A DNA stretch of 32,000 bases from the sequence record MK820638.1. One strand, given 5' to 3'. Shown piece by piece: positions 16,147 through 23,663 of this stretch. The position numbers and the translations under genes are program-made. The first letter of the stretch is position 1. The number at the start of each line of letters is the position of its first letter. The DNA comes from Mycobacterium phage HermioneGrange. Below the pieces are notes generated by a model. It did not search any database, had not been told where the DNA came from, and saw nothing but the letters and a program-made list of their open reading frames with translations.

Positions 16147-17649
16147 ATGAGAGCCCTGGTGGTCATCCGACTGTCCCGCGTCACCGATGCTACGACTTCA
16201 CCCGAGCGTCAGCTGGAGTCTTGCCAGCAGCTCTGCGCCCAGCGCGGCTGGGACGTCGTCGGGGTAGCGGAGGATCTGGACGTCTCCGGAGCGGTCGATC
16301 CGTTCGACCGGAAGCGCCGCCCGAACCTGGCCCGATGGCTAGCGTTCGAGGAGCAACCGTTCGACGTCATCGTGGCGTACCGGGTGGACCGGTTGACCCG
16401 CTCGATCCGGCATCTGCAGCAGCTGGTGCACTGGGCCGAGGACCATAAGAAGCTGGTCGTCTCCGCGACCGAAGCCCACTTCGACACGACGACGCCGTTC
16501 GCGGCGGTCGTCATCGCGCTTATGGGAACGGTGGCGCAGATGGAATTAGAAGCGATCAAAGAGCGGAACCGTTCGGCGGCGCATTTCAATATCCGCGCCG
16601 GGAAATACCGCGGCTCCCTGCCGCCGTGGGGTTACCTGCCTACGCGCGTGGACGGGGAGTGGCGGCTGGTGCCGGACCCGGTGCAGCGAGAGCGCATCCT
16701 CGAGGTGTATCACCGCGTCGTCGACAACCACGAGCCGCTGCACCTGGTGGCCCACGACCTGAACCGGCGTGGTGTCCTGTCGCCGAAGGACTACTTCGCG
16801 AAGCTGCAAGGCCGCGAGCCGCGGGGCCGGGAGTGGTCGGCTACCGCGCTGAAGCGCTCTCTGATCTCCGAGGCGATGCTCGGGTACGCGACTCTGAACG
16901 GTAAGACCGTCCGAGACGACGACGGAGCCCCGCTGGTGCGGTCTGAGCCGATCCTGACCCGTGAGCAGCTGGAGGCGCTGCGCGCCGAGCTCGTGAAGGC
17001 CGACCGGACCAAGCCCGCGGTGTCTACCCCGTCGCTGCTGCTGCGGGTGTTGTTCTGCGCGGTGTGCGGGGAGCCCGCGTACAAGTTCGCCGGGGGCCAG
17101 CGCAAGAACCCGCGCTACCGCTGCCGCTCGATGGGGTTCCCGAAGCACTGCGGGAACGGCACGGTGGCGATGGCCGAGTGGGACGCGTTCTGCGAGGAGC
17201 AGGTGCTGGATCTGCTCGGGGACGCGGAGCGTCTGGAGAAAGTCTGGGTAGCCGGCTCGGACTCGGCGGTCGAACTCGCGGAGGTGAACGCGGAGCTGGT
17301 GGACCTGACGTCGCTGATCGGCTCTCCGGCCTACCGGGTTGGGTCTCCGCAGCGCGAGGCGCTCGACGCTCGTATCGCGGCGCTGGCCGCGCGGCAAGAG
17401 GAGTTGGAAGGGCTAGAGGCTCGTCCGTCGGGCTGGGAGTGGCGAGAGACCGGGCAGAGGTTCGGGGACTGGTGGCGGGAGCAGGACGCCTCGGGTAAGA
17501 ACACCTGGCTTCGGTCGATGAACGTTCGGCTGACGTTCGACGTCCGCGGCGGGCTGACTCGCACGATCGACTTCGGGGATCTGCAGGAGTACGAGCAGCA
17601 TCTCAGGCTCGGCAGCGTGGTCGAACGGCTACACACCGGGATGTCGTAG
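16147..17649 (+). CDS. int: Large serine integrase, Bxb1-type
   Basis: 500 aa MRALVVIRLSRVTDATTSPERQLESCQQLCAQRGWDVVGVAEDLDVSG...; resolvase catalytic domain, recombinase domain and zinc ribbon (CAVCGEPAYKF...YRCRSMGFPKHC). The 16066 start in the track would read through attP. Confidence 0.97.
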   Translation: MRALVVIRLSRVTDATTSPERQLESCQQLCAQRGWDVVGVAEDLDVSGAVDPFDRKRRPNLARWLAFEEQPFDVIVAYRVDRLTRSIRHLQQLVHWAEDHKKLVVSATEAHFDTTTPFAAVVIALMGTVAQMELEAIKERNRSAAHFNIRAGKYRGSLPPWGYLPTRVDGEWRLVPDPVQRERILEVYHRVVDNHEPLHLVAHDLNRRGVLSPKDYFAKLQGREPRGREWSATALKRSLISEAMLGYATLNGKTVRDDDGAPLVRSEPILTREQLEALRAELVKADRTKPAVSTPSLLLRVLFCAVCGEPAYKFAGGQRKNPRYRCRSMGFPKHCGNGTVAMAEWDAFCEEQVLDLLGDAERLEKVWVAGSDSAVELAEVNAELVDLTSLIGSPAYRVGSPQREALDARIAALAARQEELEGLEARPSGWEWRETGQRFGDWWREQDASGKNTWLRSMNVRLTFDVRGGLTRTIDFGDLQEYEQHLRLGSVVERLHTGMS

Positions 17650-17674
17650 AGCGGCTACCCCCGAGAACGCAGAA

Positions 17675-17700
17675 GAGCCCCCTACGGGCCGCTAGGGCTC
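17675..17700. terminator. Possible terminator hairpin between convergent arms
   Basis: GAGCCC (17675-17680) / GGGCTC (17695-17700) in the gap between integrase and the convergent - strand genes; weak U-tract. Confidence 0.4.
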
Positions 17701-17770
17701 GCAGAGGGCTTCTCCGGTAGTCTCTATTCAGTTGTGGGTGTGCGTCCGTCTCCGTGGACGCTAGAGGGGT

Positions 17771-18001
17771 TTACGGGGCCTCGTGGACCCGCACGTACGG
17801 CTGCAGAGGCTTGTCACGGTAGGTGTGGTAGCGCTCGGCCTCCTCGGCGCGGATGGCCTCGATCTCCTGAGCCGCGCTCACCTTACGACGCTCTGACTGG
17901 GTCTGCGTCGAGATGATCTTCAGCAGATCCACCGCCTCGGTAAGGCGGTCGGCGATCACGGCCAGCTGCTCGACGGTGACGTCTTTCTTCTTCTTGCTCA
18001 T
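17771..18001 (-). CDS. Hypothetical protein (76 aa)
   Basis: MSKKKKDVTVEQLAVIADRLTEAVDLL...; ATG at 18001 with GGAGAGACC upstream. Confidence 0.7.
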   Translation of the reverse strand: MSKKKKDVTVEQLAVIADRLTEAVDLLKIISTQTQSERRKVSAAQEIEAIRAEEAERYHTYRDKPLQPYVRVHEAP

Positions 18002-18097
18002 GGTCTCTCCTCGGTAAAAAGGGCCTGACGTGGCGTAACGGGTCGACGAGACCCGGACAACGGTGTCCCGATGCAGTCCTTGCAAGTCACGAGTGCT

Positions 18098-18754
18098 TTA
18101 GCCACCGGACACCGCCTCCTCGTTGTAGATCGGGGGTGGGGCATCCTTCCAGCTCAGCTTGGGCCAGGCGCATAACCTCTCCAGCGCCTTCCGATCTGCT
18201 TTATTACCAGTGACTTTCCAGTACTTCACCTTAGGTACACGGCGGACCTTGTAGGCATATCCGGAGCGGAATGCTTCCCGGGTGTGCTGCTTCGGGTCCA
18301 GCGGGATGTAGTCGTAGCGGGGGGTTTTTCGTTCCATGTCGGTCCATCCCGCATAATGGAAGTTGAGCGCCCGGTAGATATAGCCGTAGTGACCCGCTTT
18401 CGGGTCCGCATAGGACACTACGATTCTTGGCGGCAACATCTTCATTGCTCGCGATACAAACCACGACTCAGAGTTCGGCGGAAGCCGATCGTCGGTCCAT
18501 AGCCGATTCAGCTCGATCACGAGTGAAGGGTCCGTGGGACTCGCCGACTTCTGCAGGTGCCGTGAGGGTGGGGTTCCGAACGTCACCACTCCCATCAACT
18601 TTGGTCCCTGGTACAGGCCGTATGCGAAGCTAATGGATGTCTTGCGGTGTAGGTAGTGGTGCTTAACCACTATGTCTGTGGCTACTTTGGACGGGATCTG
18701 CTCCACCCGTAACCCCGTGATCACGTCCGCAAGCGTATTGCCTGGTTCTGACAC
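18098..18754 (-). CDS. Mom-like DNA modification protein (GNAT-related)
   Basis: GTG start 18754. VVKHHYLHRKTSISFAYGLYQGPKLMGVVTFGTPPSRH...IELNRLWTDDRLPPNSESWFVSRAMKMLPPRIVVSYADPKAGHYGYIYRALNFHYAGW resembles the Mu Mom family pattern. Confidence 0.6.
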   Translation of the reverse strand: MSEPGNTLADVITGLRVEQIPSKVATDIVVKHHYLHRKTSISFAYGLYQGPKLMGVVTFGTPPSRHLQKSASPTDPSLVIELNRLWTDDRLPPNSESWFVSRAMKMLPPRIVVSYADPKAGHYGYIYRALNFHYAGWTDMERKTPRYDYIPLDPKQHTREAFRSGYAYKVRRVPKVKYWKVTGNKADRKALERLCAWPKLSWKDAPPPIYNEEAVSGG

Positions 18755-18924
18755 TATGGGTTCCTCGTTTGTCTGATGAAGTCGGCCCGTGCCGACTCGT
18801 AGTCCGGGTGGAACGTGATGACGCCGTAGAACGATCCGACCGACGGGAACACGATCCACTCCTGGGTGTGCGGGCTCTTGCGGATCAGCCACTTCCGGGC
18901 GTCGTTACCCCAGAGCTCTCTCAC
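18754..18924 (-). CDS. Small hypothetical protein (56 aa)
   Basis: GTG 18924; MRELWGNDARKWLIRKSPHTQEWIVFPSVGSFYGVITFHPDYESARADFIRQTRNP; TAGTG overlap with next gene. Not in the supplied track. Confidence 0.55.
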   Translation of the reverse strand: MRELWGNDARKWLIRKSPHTQEWIVFPSVGSFYGVITFHPDYESARADFIRQTRNP

Positions 18925-19016
18925 CGGAACCACCCCCGCATGATCTGGATCAGGTGCTCCAGCCGAACCTCATGGTCGAGCATCCGGATCAGCACCAGTT
19001 CACGCACCCGCTTCAT
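18921..19016 (-). CDS. Very small ORF (31 aa)
   Basis: ATG 19016; MKRVRELVLIRMLDHEVRLEHLIQIMRGWFR; overlaps both neighbours. Confidence 0.4.
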   Translation of the reverse strand: MKRVRELVLIRMLDHEVRLEHLIQIMRGWFR

Positions 19017-19300
19017 TCCGCGGTCCTGAAGCTGGTAGCTACACGCGGGTAGATGCGCTGCACCCATCCCGAGGGGAGGCTGTCGTCCCGGCGGAAGAAG
19101 CCCTTCCGGTTCACCGACCAGTAGACCGTCCCGCCGGGCAGCTCCTGGCTGAATCGGACGTCCGGCAGCCGGTGTCGGCCGATGAAATCAGGGCCGACTA
19201 CTCGACCGAACAGCCCGTATTTCAGGCTGACTGTGAACTGCTCGGCGGTCTTGATGGCGTGGTCAACGCCGAACCCCGACTCATACGCGTGCTTACTCAT
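19013..19300 (-). CDS. Hypothetical protein (95 aa)
   Basis: MSKHAYESGFGVDHAIKTAEQ...; ATGA-type overlap with upstream gene. Confidence 0.7.
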   Translation of the reverse strand: MSKHAYESGFGVDHAIKTAEQFTVSLKYGLFGRVVGPDFIGRHRLPDVRFSQELPGGTVYWSVNRKGFFRRDDSLPSGWVQRIYPRVATSFRTAE

Positions 19301-19653
19301 TCCAACCCCTCGTAACGGTCCAGCTCGCTCTTGAGCCCTTGGATCTCAAGCTCCAGGTCGAAGACTCGGCCCATCAGGTTGTCGCGCTCCAGCTCCAGCC
19401 GAGCCGCGTCGTCGATCGCCTCCATCGACCTGCGCACCATGTCCGTGATAGCGCCGTGGATCGACGCGATGAAGTCGGCGTCAGCCTCGTTCGGGAAGTT
19501 CCCCACGTACTTGCGCGACTCGTCCTGGCCGACCGCGAAGATGTCGAACACGACCCCGTGGGCGCCCTTCTCGACCACCCAGAACCGGTCCTCAGCCCCC
19601 GTGGTCTGCGAGAACACCTGGTAAATGCGGTCGCAGAACTCTTGAAATTCCAT
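19297..19653 (-). CDS. Hypothetical protein (118 aa), C-terminal coiled coil
   Basis: MEFQEFCDRIYQVFSQTTG...LMGRVFDLELEIQGLKSELDRYEGLE; downstream of stoperator 19668-19680. Confidence 0.75.
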   Translation of the reverse strand: MEFQEFCDRIYQVFSQTTGAEDRFWVVEKGAHGVVFDIFAVGQDESRKYVGNFPNEADADFIASIHGAITDMVRRSMEAIDDAARLELERDNLMGRVFDLELEIQGLKSELDRYEGLE

Positions 19654-19667
19654 GTTGTTCCTTCCTC

Positions 19668-19680
19668 GTTACGTATCAAG
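19668..19680 (-). promoter_or_regulatory. Stoperator-like 13-mer (GTTACGTATCAAG)
   Basis: Intergenic, between DNA polymerase stop and next gene start. Confidence 0.85.
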
Positions 19681-21510
19681 TTAGAAGCCGCGAGAACGAA
19701 GCTCGGCGTCGTGACGAGCCATCGTCTCTTCATCCATGTATCCACTGCCCCAGGACTTACCTGTGACCTCGGGATCGGTATTCACCAGCACTGGGCCGAT
19801 GCGCTGCTCCATGATCTGACCCACCTCCTTGACTGCCACCTCGGCGTCGGCCTCCGGGAGGGACAGCAGCACCTCGTCATGGACGACGAGCCGCATGTTC
19901 GGGGTGAAGCCCGCCTCGTGCAGACGCAGTACAGCCGCGCCAGTAACGTCACGTGACGAGCTCTGGATCAGATAGTTGAGCGCCGAGTAGGCACGGTCTG
20001 GGTCGACCGGCAGGCGACGCCCCGTGGGCGTCGTGATGAAGCCCGCCGAGCCGGCCTCCTGCTGCATCCGCTTGTTGAGCGTGTCGACGCCCGGGTAGGT
20101 GGTCGCGAAGACCTCCAGGACCTTCTTGGCCTCGGGGAAGGTGATACCTGCGTTGGTGGCGAGCTTGCCCGCCCCTCCCCCGTAGCAGACTAGAAAATTG
20201 GCCATCTTGCCGATTTTCCGATCCACGCCTGCAGCATCCGCGGTCACCTGATGCAGGTCGGACTCCTCCTCAAAAGCCCGGAGCATCGTTTGATCGCCGG
20301 ACAACGCGGCCAGAACACGGAGCTCCTGAGCGCGGTAGTCCACCGATGCGATGATCTGACCCGGGTCCGCCAGGAAGCAGCGGCGGACCATCCAATCTCC
20401 CGACGGCAGATTCTGTGCCGAGGGGTTAGATGTGCTCATGCGGCCTGTACGGGCCTGCAGCGGGTTGATCCCCGGGTGGACGCGGTCGTTGGCGTCCCGC
20501 CGCTCGATGAAGTTACGTACCCAGGTCTTCTCCCAGGAACCCCACTTCTTCGCCTCGATCGCCGCCTTCGCCAGCGCGTTGCCCTCCTCCGCCAGAGCTT
20601 CCAGCAGCTCGGCGTTCACCTGGCGCTTGCCTGTGGCTGTGCGGCCTTTGATCTTCACGCCCGTACGCTCCAGGCCGTCGGCCAGCTTCTCGGTCGAGTT
20701 CACCGAGTCGACTCCATAGGCATAACGGGCCACCGCGGTGTAATGCTCGGCCTTCCTCAGCATGTCCGCGGACAGCTTCTCCGAGTAGTCGACGTCCAGC
20801 AGGAACCCGGTGCGTTCGACGTACGACATCACCTCAGCGAGCTTGTGCTCGTACGGGATCAGTTTGTGCGACGACTCCGGGACCAGCGGGGCTACCTTGC
20901 CCAGCAGCCGGGACACCAGGATCGTATCCATGCCGGCGTACAGCTCGTAGTCCGGGTCGTCCAGGTCGACCAGCGCCCAGATCTTGTCTTTGGTGGTCTT
21001 GTGCTTCTTGGCCAGGCGAGCCATCGAGGCTTTGACCTCTTCGGCGGTCACCGGGTCGATGTAGAACTTCGTCAGCTCTTCCAGCTTGTGGCCGGTCCCG
21101 CCTTCTTTGTAGGCCCGAGGGTCAACCAGGTGCGAGTAGATCTTGGTGTCCTCGACCTTCGGCCACATCTGCTCCATCGGCACACCGAGCGTCCGCTCGA
21201 TCACCTGGAGGTCGAACGCGGCGTTGTGGATCACGAACCGCTGGACCTTCTGGAGGGCGGTGACGGCGGCTCCTACGAACACACCGCCCCGCTCCACCGG
21301 CAGAACCCACGACTCCCACGGGTTACCGAACTGGATCAGTCGGATACCGAAGTCCGGCTTGTAGATCCCCAGATCCGTGGTCTCGGTATCGAGACCGAGA
21401 ATCCGGAGGTTGGAGCGGATGAAGCCCTCGAACCCGTCGAGATCATCCTCGTGCTCTACGACGTTGACCAGAACTGTCTCGTCCTTGATCTGGTAGCGGT
21501 GTTGCTTCAC
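19681..21510 (-). CDS. DNA polymerase I (3'-5' exonuclease and polymerase domains)
   Basis: 609 aa; exonuclease LGLDTETTDLG; polymerase motif A ASVDYRAQELRVLAALSGD, motif B-like KIGKMANFLVCYG, motif C VVHDEVLL. Confidence 0.96.
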   Translation of the reverse strand: MKQHRYQIKDETVLVNVVEHEDDLDGFEGFIRSNLRILGLDTETTDLGIYKPDFGIRLIQFGNPWESWVLPVERGGVFVGAAVTALQKVQRFVIHNAAFDLQVIERTLGVPMEQMWPKVEDTKIYSHLVDPRAYKEGGTGHKLEELTKFYIDPVTAEEVKASMARLAKKHKTTKDKIWALVDLDDPDYELYAGMDTILVSRLLGKVAPLVPESSHKLIPYEHKLAEVMSYVERTGFLLDVDYSEKLSADMLRKAEHYTAVARYAYGVDSVNSTEKLADGLERTGVKIKGRTATGKRQVNAELLEALAEEGNALAKAAIEAKKWGSWEKTWVRNFIERRDANDRVHPGINPLQARTGRMSTSNPSAQNLPSGDWMVRRCFLADPGQIIASVDYRAQELRVLAALSGDQTMLRAFEEESDLHQVTADAAGVDRKIGKMANFLVCYGGGAGKLATNAGITFPEAKKVLEVFATTYPGVDTLNKRMQQEAGSAGFITTPTGRRLPVDPDRAYSALNYLIQSSSRDVTGAAVLRLHEAGFTPNMRLVVHDEVLLSLPEADAEVAVKEVGQIMEQRIGPVLVNTDPEVTGKSWGSGYMDEETMARHDAELRSRGF

Positions 21511-21530
21511 CCGCCCCCCCTTCGTTAGTG

Positions 21531-21543
21531 GTTACTTGTCAAG
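21531..21543 (-). promoter_or_regulatory. Stoperator-like 13-mer (GTTACTTGTCAAG)
   Basis: Upstream of DNA polymerase; one change from consensus. Confidence 0.8.
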
Positions 21544-21786
21544 TCGGGGGTCCAAAAGAACGTCCAACCTCTTCTGGATTTCCTCCGGATTGAACATGAA
21601 GCTTTCGTACGCCTGCTTCACGGCCTGTTCAGTGGCCCCTTCCACTCCCCAGATGTTCGGATGAGAACGGGCCTCGGCCTTGGTGCGCCAGCCCTTCTTG
21701 ATCTTTGCGACGATGTACGAGAACCCGCAGGACTTCGCCGCATAGATCTCCCATCTATGACCGTCGGGAAGATCCGGAAGGTTCAC
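21532..21786 (-). CDS. Hypothetical protein (84 aa)
   Basis: MNLPDLPDGHRWEIYAAKSCGFSYIVAKIKKGWRTKAEARSHPN... Confidence 0.7.
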   Translation of the reverse strand: MNLPDLPDGHRWEIYAAKSCGFSYIVAKIKKGWRTKAEARSHPNIWGVEGATEQAVKQAYESFMFNPEEIQKRLDVLLDPRLDK

Positions 21787-22013
21787 AGCCCCAACTCCCG
21801 TCGGATCTGCCCCTCCGGGGTTTCTTCCTTGACCATCACCCGTCCGTAGTAGGCGATGTTGTTCTTGATCGGGAACACCCGGTACTCCCCCTCCCCGAAG
21901 TCGACTGCCAGCTCGTCACCGCTGATGCGGTACTCGCAGTCGTCCGGGAACGTCCAGAACAACCCGTTCTGGAGCATGACCATGAACTTCGGAACCTTGA
22001 TTTCCTCGCTCAA
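21783..22013 (-). CDS. Hypothetical protein (76 aa)
   Basis: TTG start; MSEEIKVPKFMVMLQNGLFWTFPDDCEYRISGDELAVDFGEG... Confidence 0.7.
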   Translation of the reverse strand: MSEEIKVPKFMVMLQNGLFWTFPDDCEYRISGDELAVDFGEGEYRVFPIKNNIAYYGRVMVKEETPEGQIRRELGL

Positions 22014-22030
22014 TTACACCCTCCTAGGTG

Positions 22031-22043
22031 GTTACGAGTCAAG
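22031..22043 (-). promoter_or_regulatory. Stoperator-like 13-mer (GTTACGAGTCAAG)
   Basis: Intergenic. Confidence 0.85.
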
Positions 22044-22535
22044 TTAATTTGCGTAGAAAAACTTGGCGTCGCGACCGTCATCCTTGGTCGGAGGCATCCA
22101 AGCGTGCCAGACCTTGCCGGTCTTCTTCGACACCCCGGTCTTGTAGACGAAGTCGTCGTACGGCTTCGGCGGAGCCCACTCCGGGGCTTCCTGCGCACCC
22201 TGCGGAGCCTGACGCTGGTACCCGCCGCCCGAGGACTGAGCGGGAGCCGGCGCAGCCGATCCGCCCGCGAACGCCGCGGCGACCTTCTTCACCTTGTCCA
22301 TGTAGTCCTTGAACTTCGCGTCCAGCAGAGCGTCGGACTCTTCGACCGACGAAGCGTGGATCACGATCCACGGCGCGTCGAAGTCCCGGCCACCCTTCAG
22401 GGTGGTGACGATCTTGCCCTCGCCGGGAGCCACGTTGCTGCTGTTGTTGACCACGGTGGTCGCAGGAGCGGCGGTGGCGACAGGCTGCTCGGGGCCGTTG
22501 TCGTTCGAGGCCCAGGGATCGGTGGTGACAGTCAT
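22044..22535 (-). CDS. Conserved phage protein, possible DNA-metabolism accessory protein (163 aa)
   Basis: ATG at 22535 (MTVTTDPWASNDNGPEQPVA...); RBS GGAAGG upstream; disordered Pro/Ala/Gln region then PYDDFVYKTGVSKKTGKVWHAW. Confidence 0.6.
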   Translation of the reverse strand: MTVTTDPWASNDNGPEQPVATAAPATTVVNNSSNVAPGEGKIVTTLKGGRDFDAPWIVIHASSVEESDALLDAKFKDYMDKVKKVAAAFAGGSAAPAPAQSSGGGYQRQAPQGAQEAPEWAPPKPYDDFVYKTGVSKKTGKVWHAWMPPTKDDGRDAKFFYAN

Positions 22536-22714
22536 TCGGTTTCCTTCCGGTTGTAGCCGCGGGTCCATTCGGCACCCACGAACATCTCTTTGTCCTCGTC
22601 TGGCCAATTAGCCAGGAGGGCTGGTTTCTGGTTGGGGTAGAGCTCAGGCGTCACCCACGCTCGGTACATGTCGACGCCGGACATACCGCTGAACTGGCCG
22701 TCGAAGATGTTCAC
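22532..22714 (-). CDS. Small hypothetical protein (60 aa)
   Basis: GTG 22714; MNIFDGQFSGMSGVDMYRAWVTPELYPNQKPALLANWPDEDKEMFVGAEWTRGYNRKETE. The longer track ORF (to 22903) overlaps the upstream gene. Confidence 0.6.
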   Translation of the reverse strand: MNIFDGQFSGMSGVDMYRAWVTPELYPNQKPALLANWPDEDKEMFVGAEWTRGYNRKETE

Positions 22715-23526
22715 GCGGCAGCCCCTGACCCTGCGCAAGACGGGATCAGGTGATCCCTGAACCGTCCCGAGCTGATCGGCACTATGTGGTGGCACACCGG
22801 GCACGCCCGATGATGCTTCGGAGCACTGGAGGTCACCTGCTCGGCGGTAGCCAGGTCGACCAGCTCCCGGTACGTCAGACCGTCCTCGCCGGCTGACTTC
22901 CACCCGTCGTCAGCGAGACGAGTAGCCATCTCTCCGACAGGGTCACCCGGGCCGTTGTGCGACCGGATCGTGTCCGGGAACACCTTGGACCGTGAGCCTG
23001 GCCCGTCGTGGTCGCTCATCTCGACGATCACCCGGTGAACCTCTTCGAGCAGGGCCTTGTGCGCCCTCTTCAATCGGCTCTTACTGGCGACATCCCGGAG
23101 GATGATCCCGTCCAGATACCTGGTTTTCAGCACCTCGGCATAAGGGATTTTTTCCTCTTCCGGAACGTTCTTCTGGCGGTCCCCGAGACGGTTGATGGCC
23201 TGAGGAATCACCTCCATCAGGTACACGTTGTCCGATCGGCCTTTGAGCGCGTCTTTGATCGACTCCGACGAGTAGTCCCAGTCACCCCGGGCTAGGTCGT
23301 CCGCGAACGCGGACTCGCTCAGGATCTGATACGCGTGACGGCGCAGGAACGAGATAGCCTCGCCCTCCGACGGCTGCGTAGCCGCGGTCATCCGCGACGA
23401 CTTCTCCAGAACAGCGACCCACAGGTCCCCGGTCAGGTCTTCCAGCTGATCGGCGGTCAGAGACCACTCCACCCCTGCGGACTTCGCACCTCGTCTGAGG
23501 CGCTTGTCCAGGAGAGAGTCATCCAT
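22711..23526 (-). CDS. Sigma-factor-like protein with C-terminal zinc-finger-like motif
   Basis: 271 aa; region 2-like LEDLTGDLWVAVLEKSSRM...FLRRHAYQILSES; region 4-like VLKTRYLDGIILRDVASKSRLKRAHKALLEEV; C-terminus CPVCHHIVPISSGRFRDHLIPSC. Confidence 0.5.
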   Translation of the reverse strand: MDDSLLDKRLRRGAKSAGVEWSLTADQLEDLTGDLWVAVLEKSSRMTAATQPSEGEAISFLRRHAYQILSESAFADDLARGDWDYSSESIKDALKGRSDNVYLMEVIPQAINRLGDRQKNVPEEEKIPYAEVLKTRYLDGIILRDVASKSRLKRAHKALLEEVHRVIVEMSDHDGPGSRSKVFPDTIRSHNGPGDPVGEMATRLADDGWKSAGEDGLTYRELVDLATAEQVTSSAPKHHRACPVCHHIVPISSGRFRDHLIPSCAGSGAAA

Positions 23527-23659
23527 TCACCGGCTCCAGACTGCGCTTGGCGTAGGTCTCCTCGACCAGAACCTCGATCAGCTCGACCCGGGGAATCTCC
23601 CGGGACCGGGCTTCGAAGTGCAGGTACGGCAGAACGTTCCCGTTACGTGTCAAGGCCAC
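23519..23659 (-). CDS. Small hypothetical protein (about 46 aa)
   Basis: GTG 23659 or TTG 23653; MALTRNGNVLPYLHFEARSREIPRVELIEVLVEETYAKRSLEPVNG. The track start at 23734 overlaps the RDF gene. Confidence 0.5.
   Translation of the reverse strand: MALTRNGNVLPYLHFEARSREIPRVELIEVLVEETYAKRSLEPVNG
23642..23654 (-). promoter_or_regulatory. Stoperator-like 13-mer (GTTACGTGTCAAG)
   Basis: At the 5' end of the small ORF 23519..23659. Confidence 0.85.
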
Positions 23660-23663
23660 GGCG

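Noticed and set aside
15702-16184. 160-aa - strand ORF spanning the secreted protein, terminator and attP
   Set aside because: Low-complexity Val/Ala-rich, spans a terminator and attP, opposite a good signal-peptide ORF.
20251-21528. 425-aa + strand ORF opposite DNA polymerase, and 26755..27654 opposite the methyltransferase
   Set aside because: Antisense artefacts; the - strand products carry catalytic motifs.
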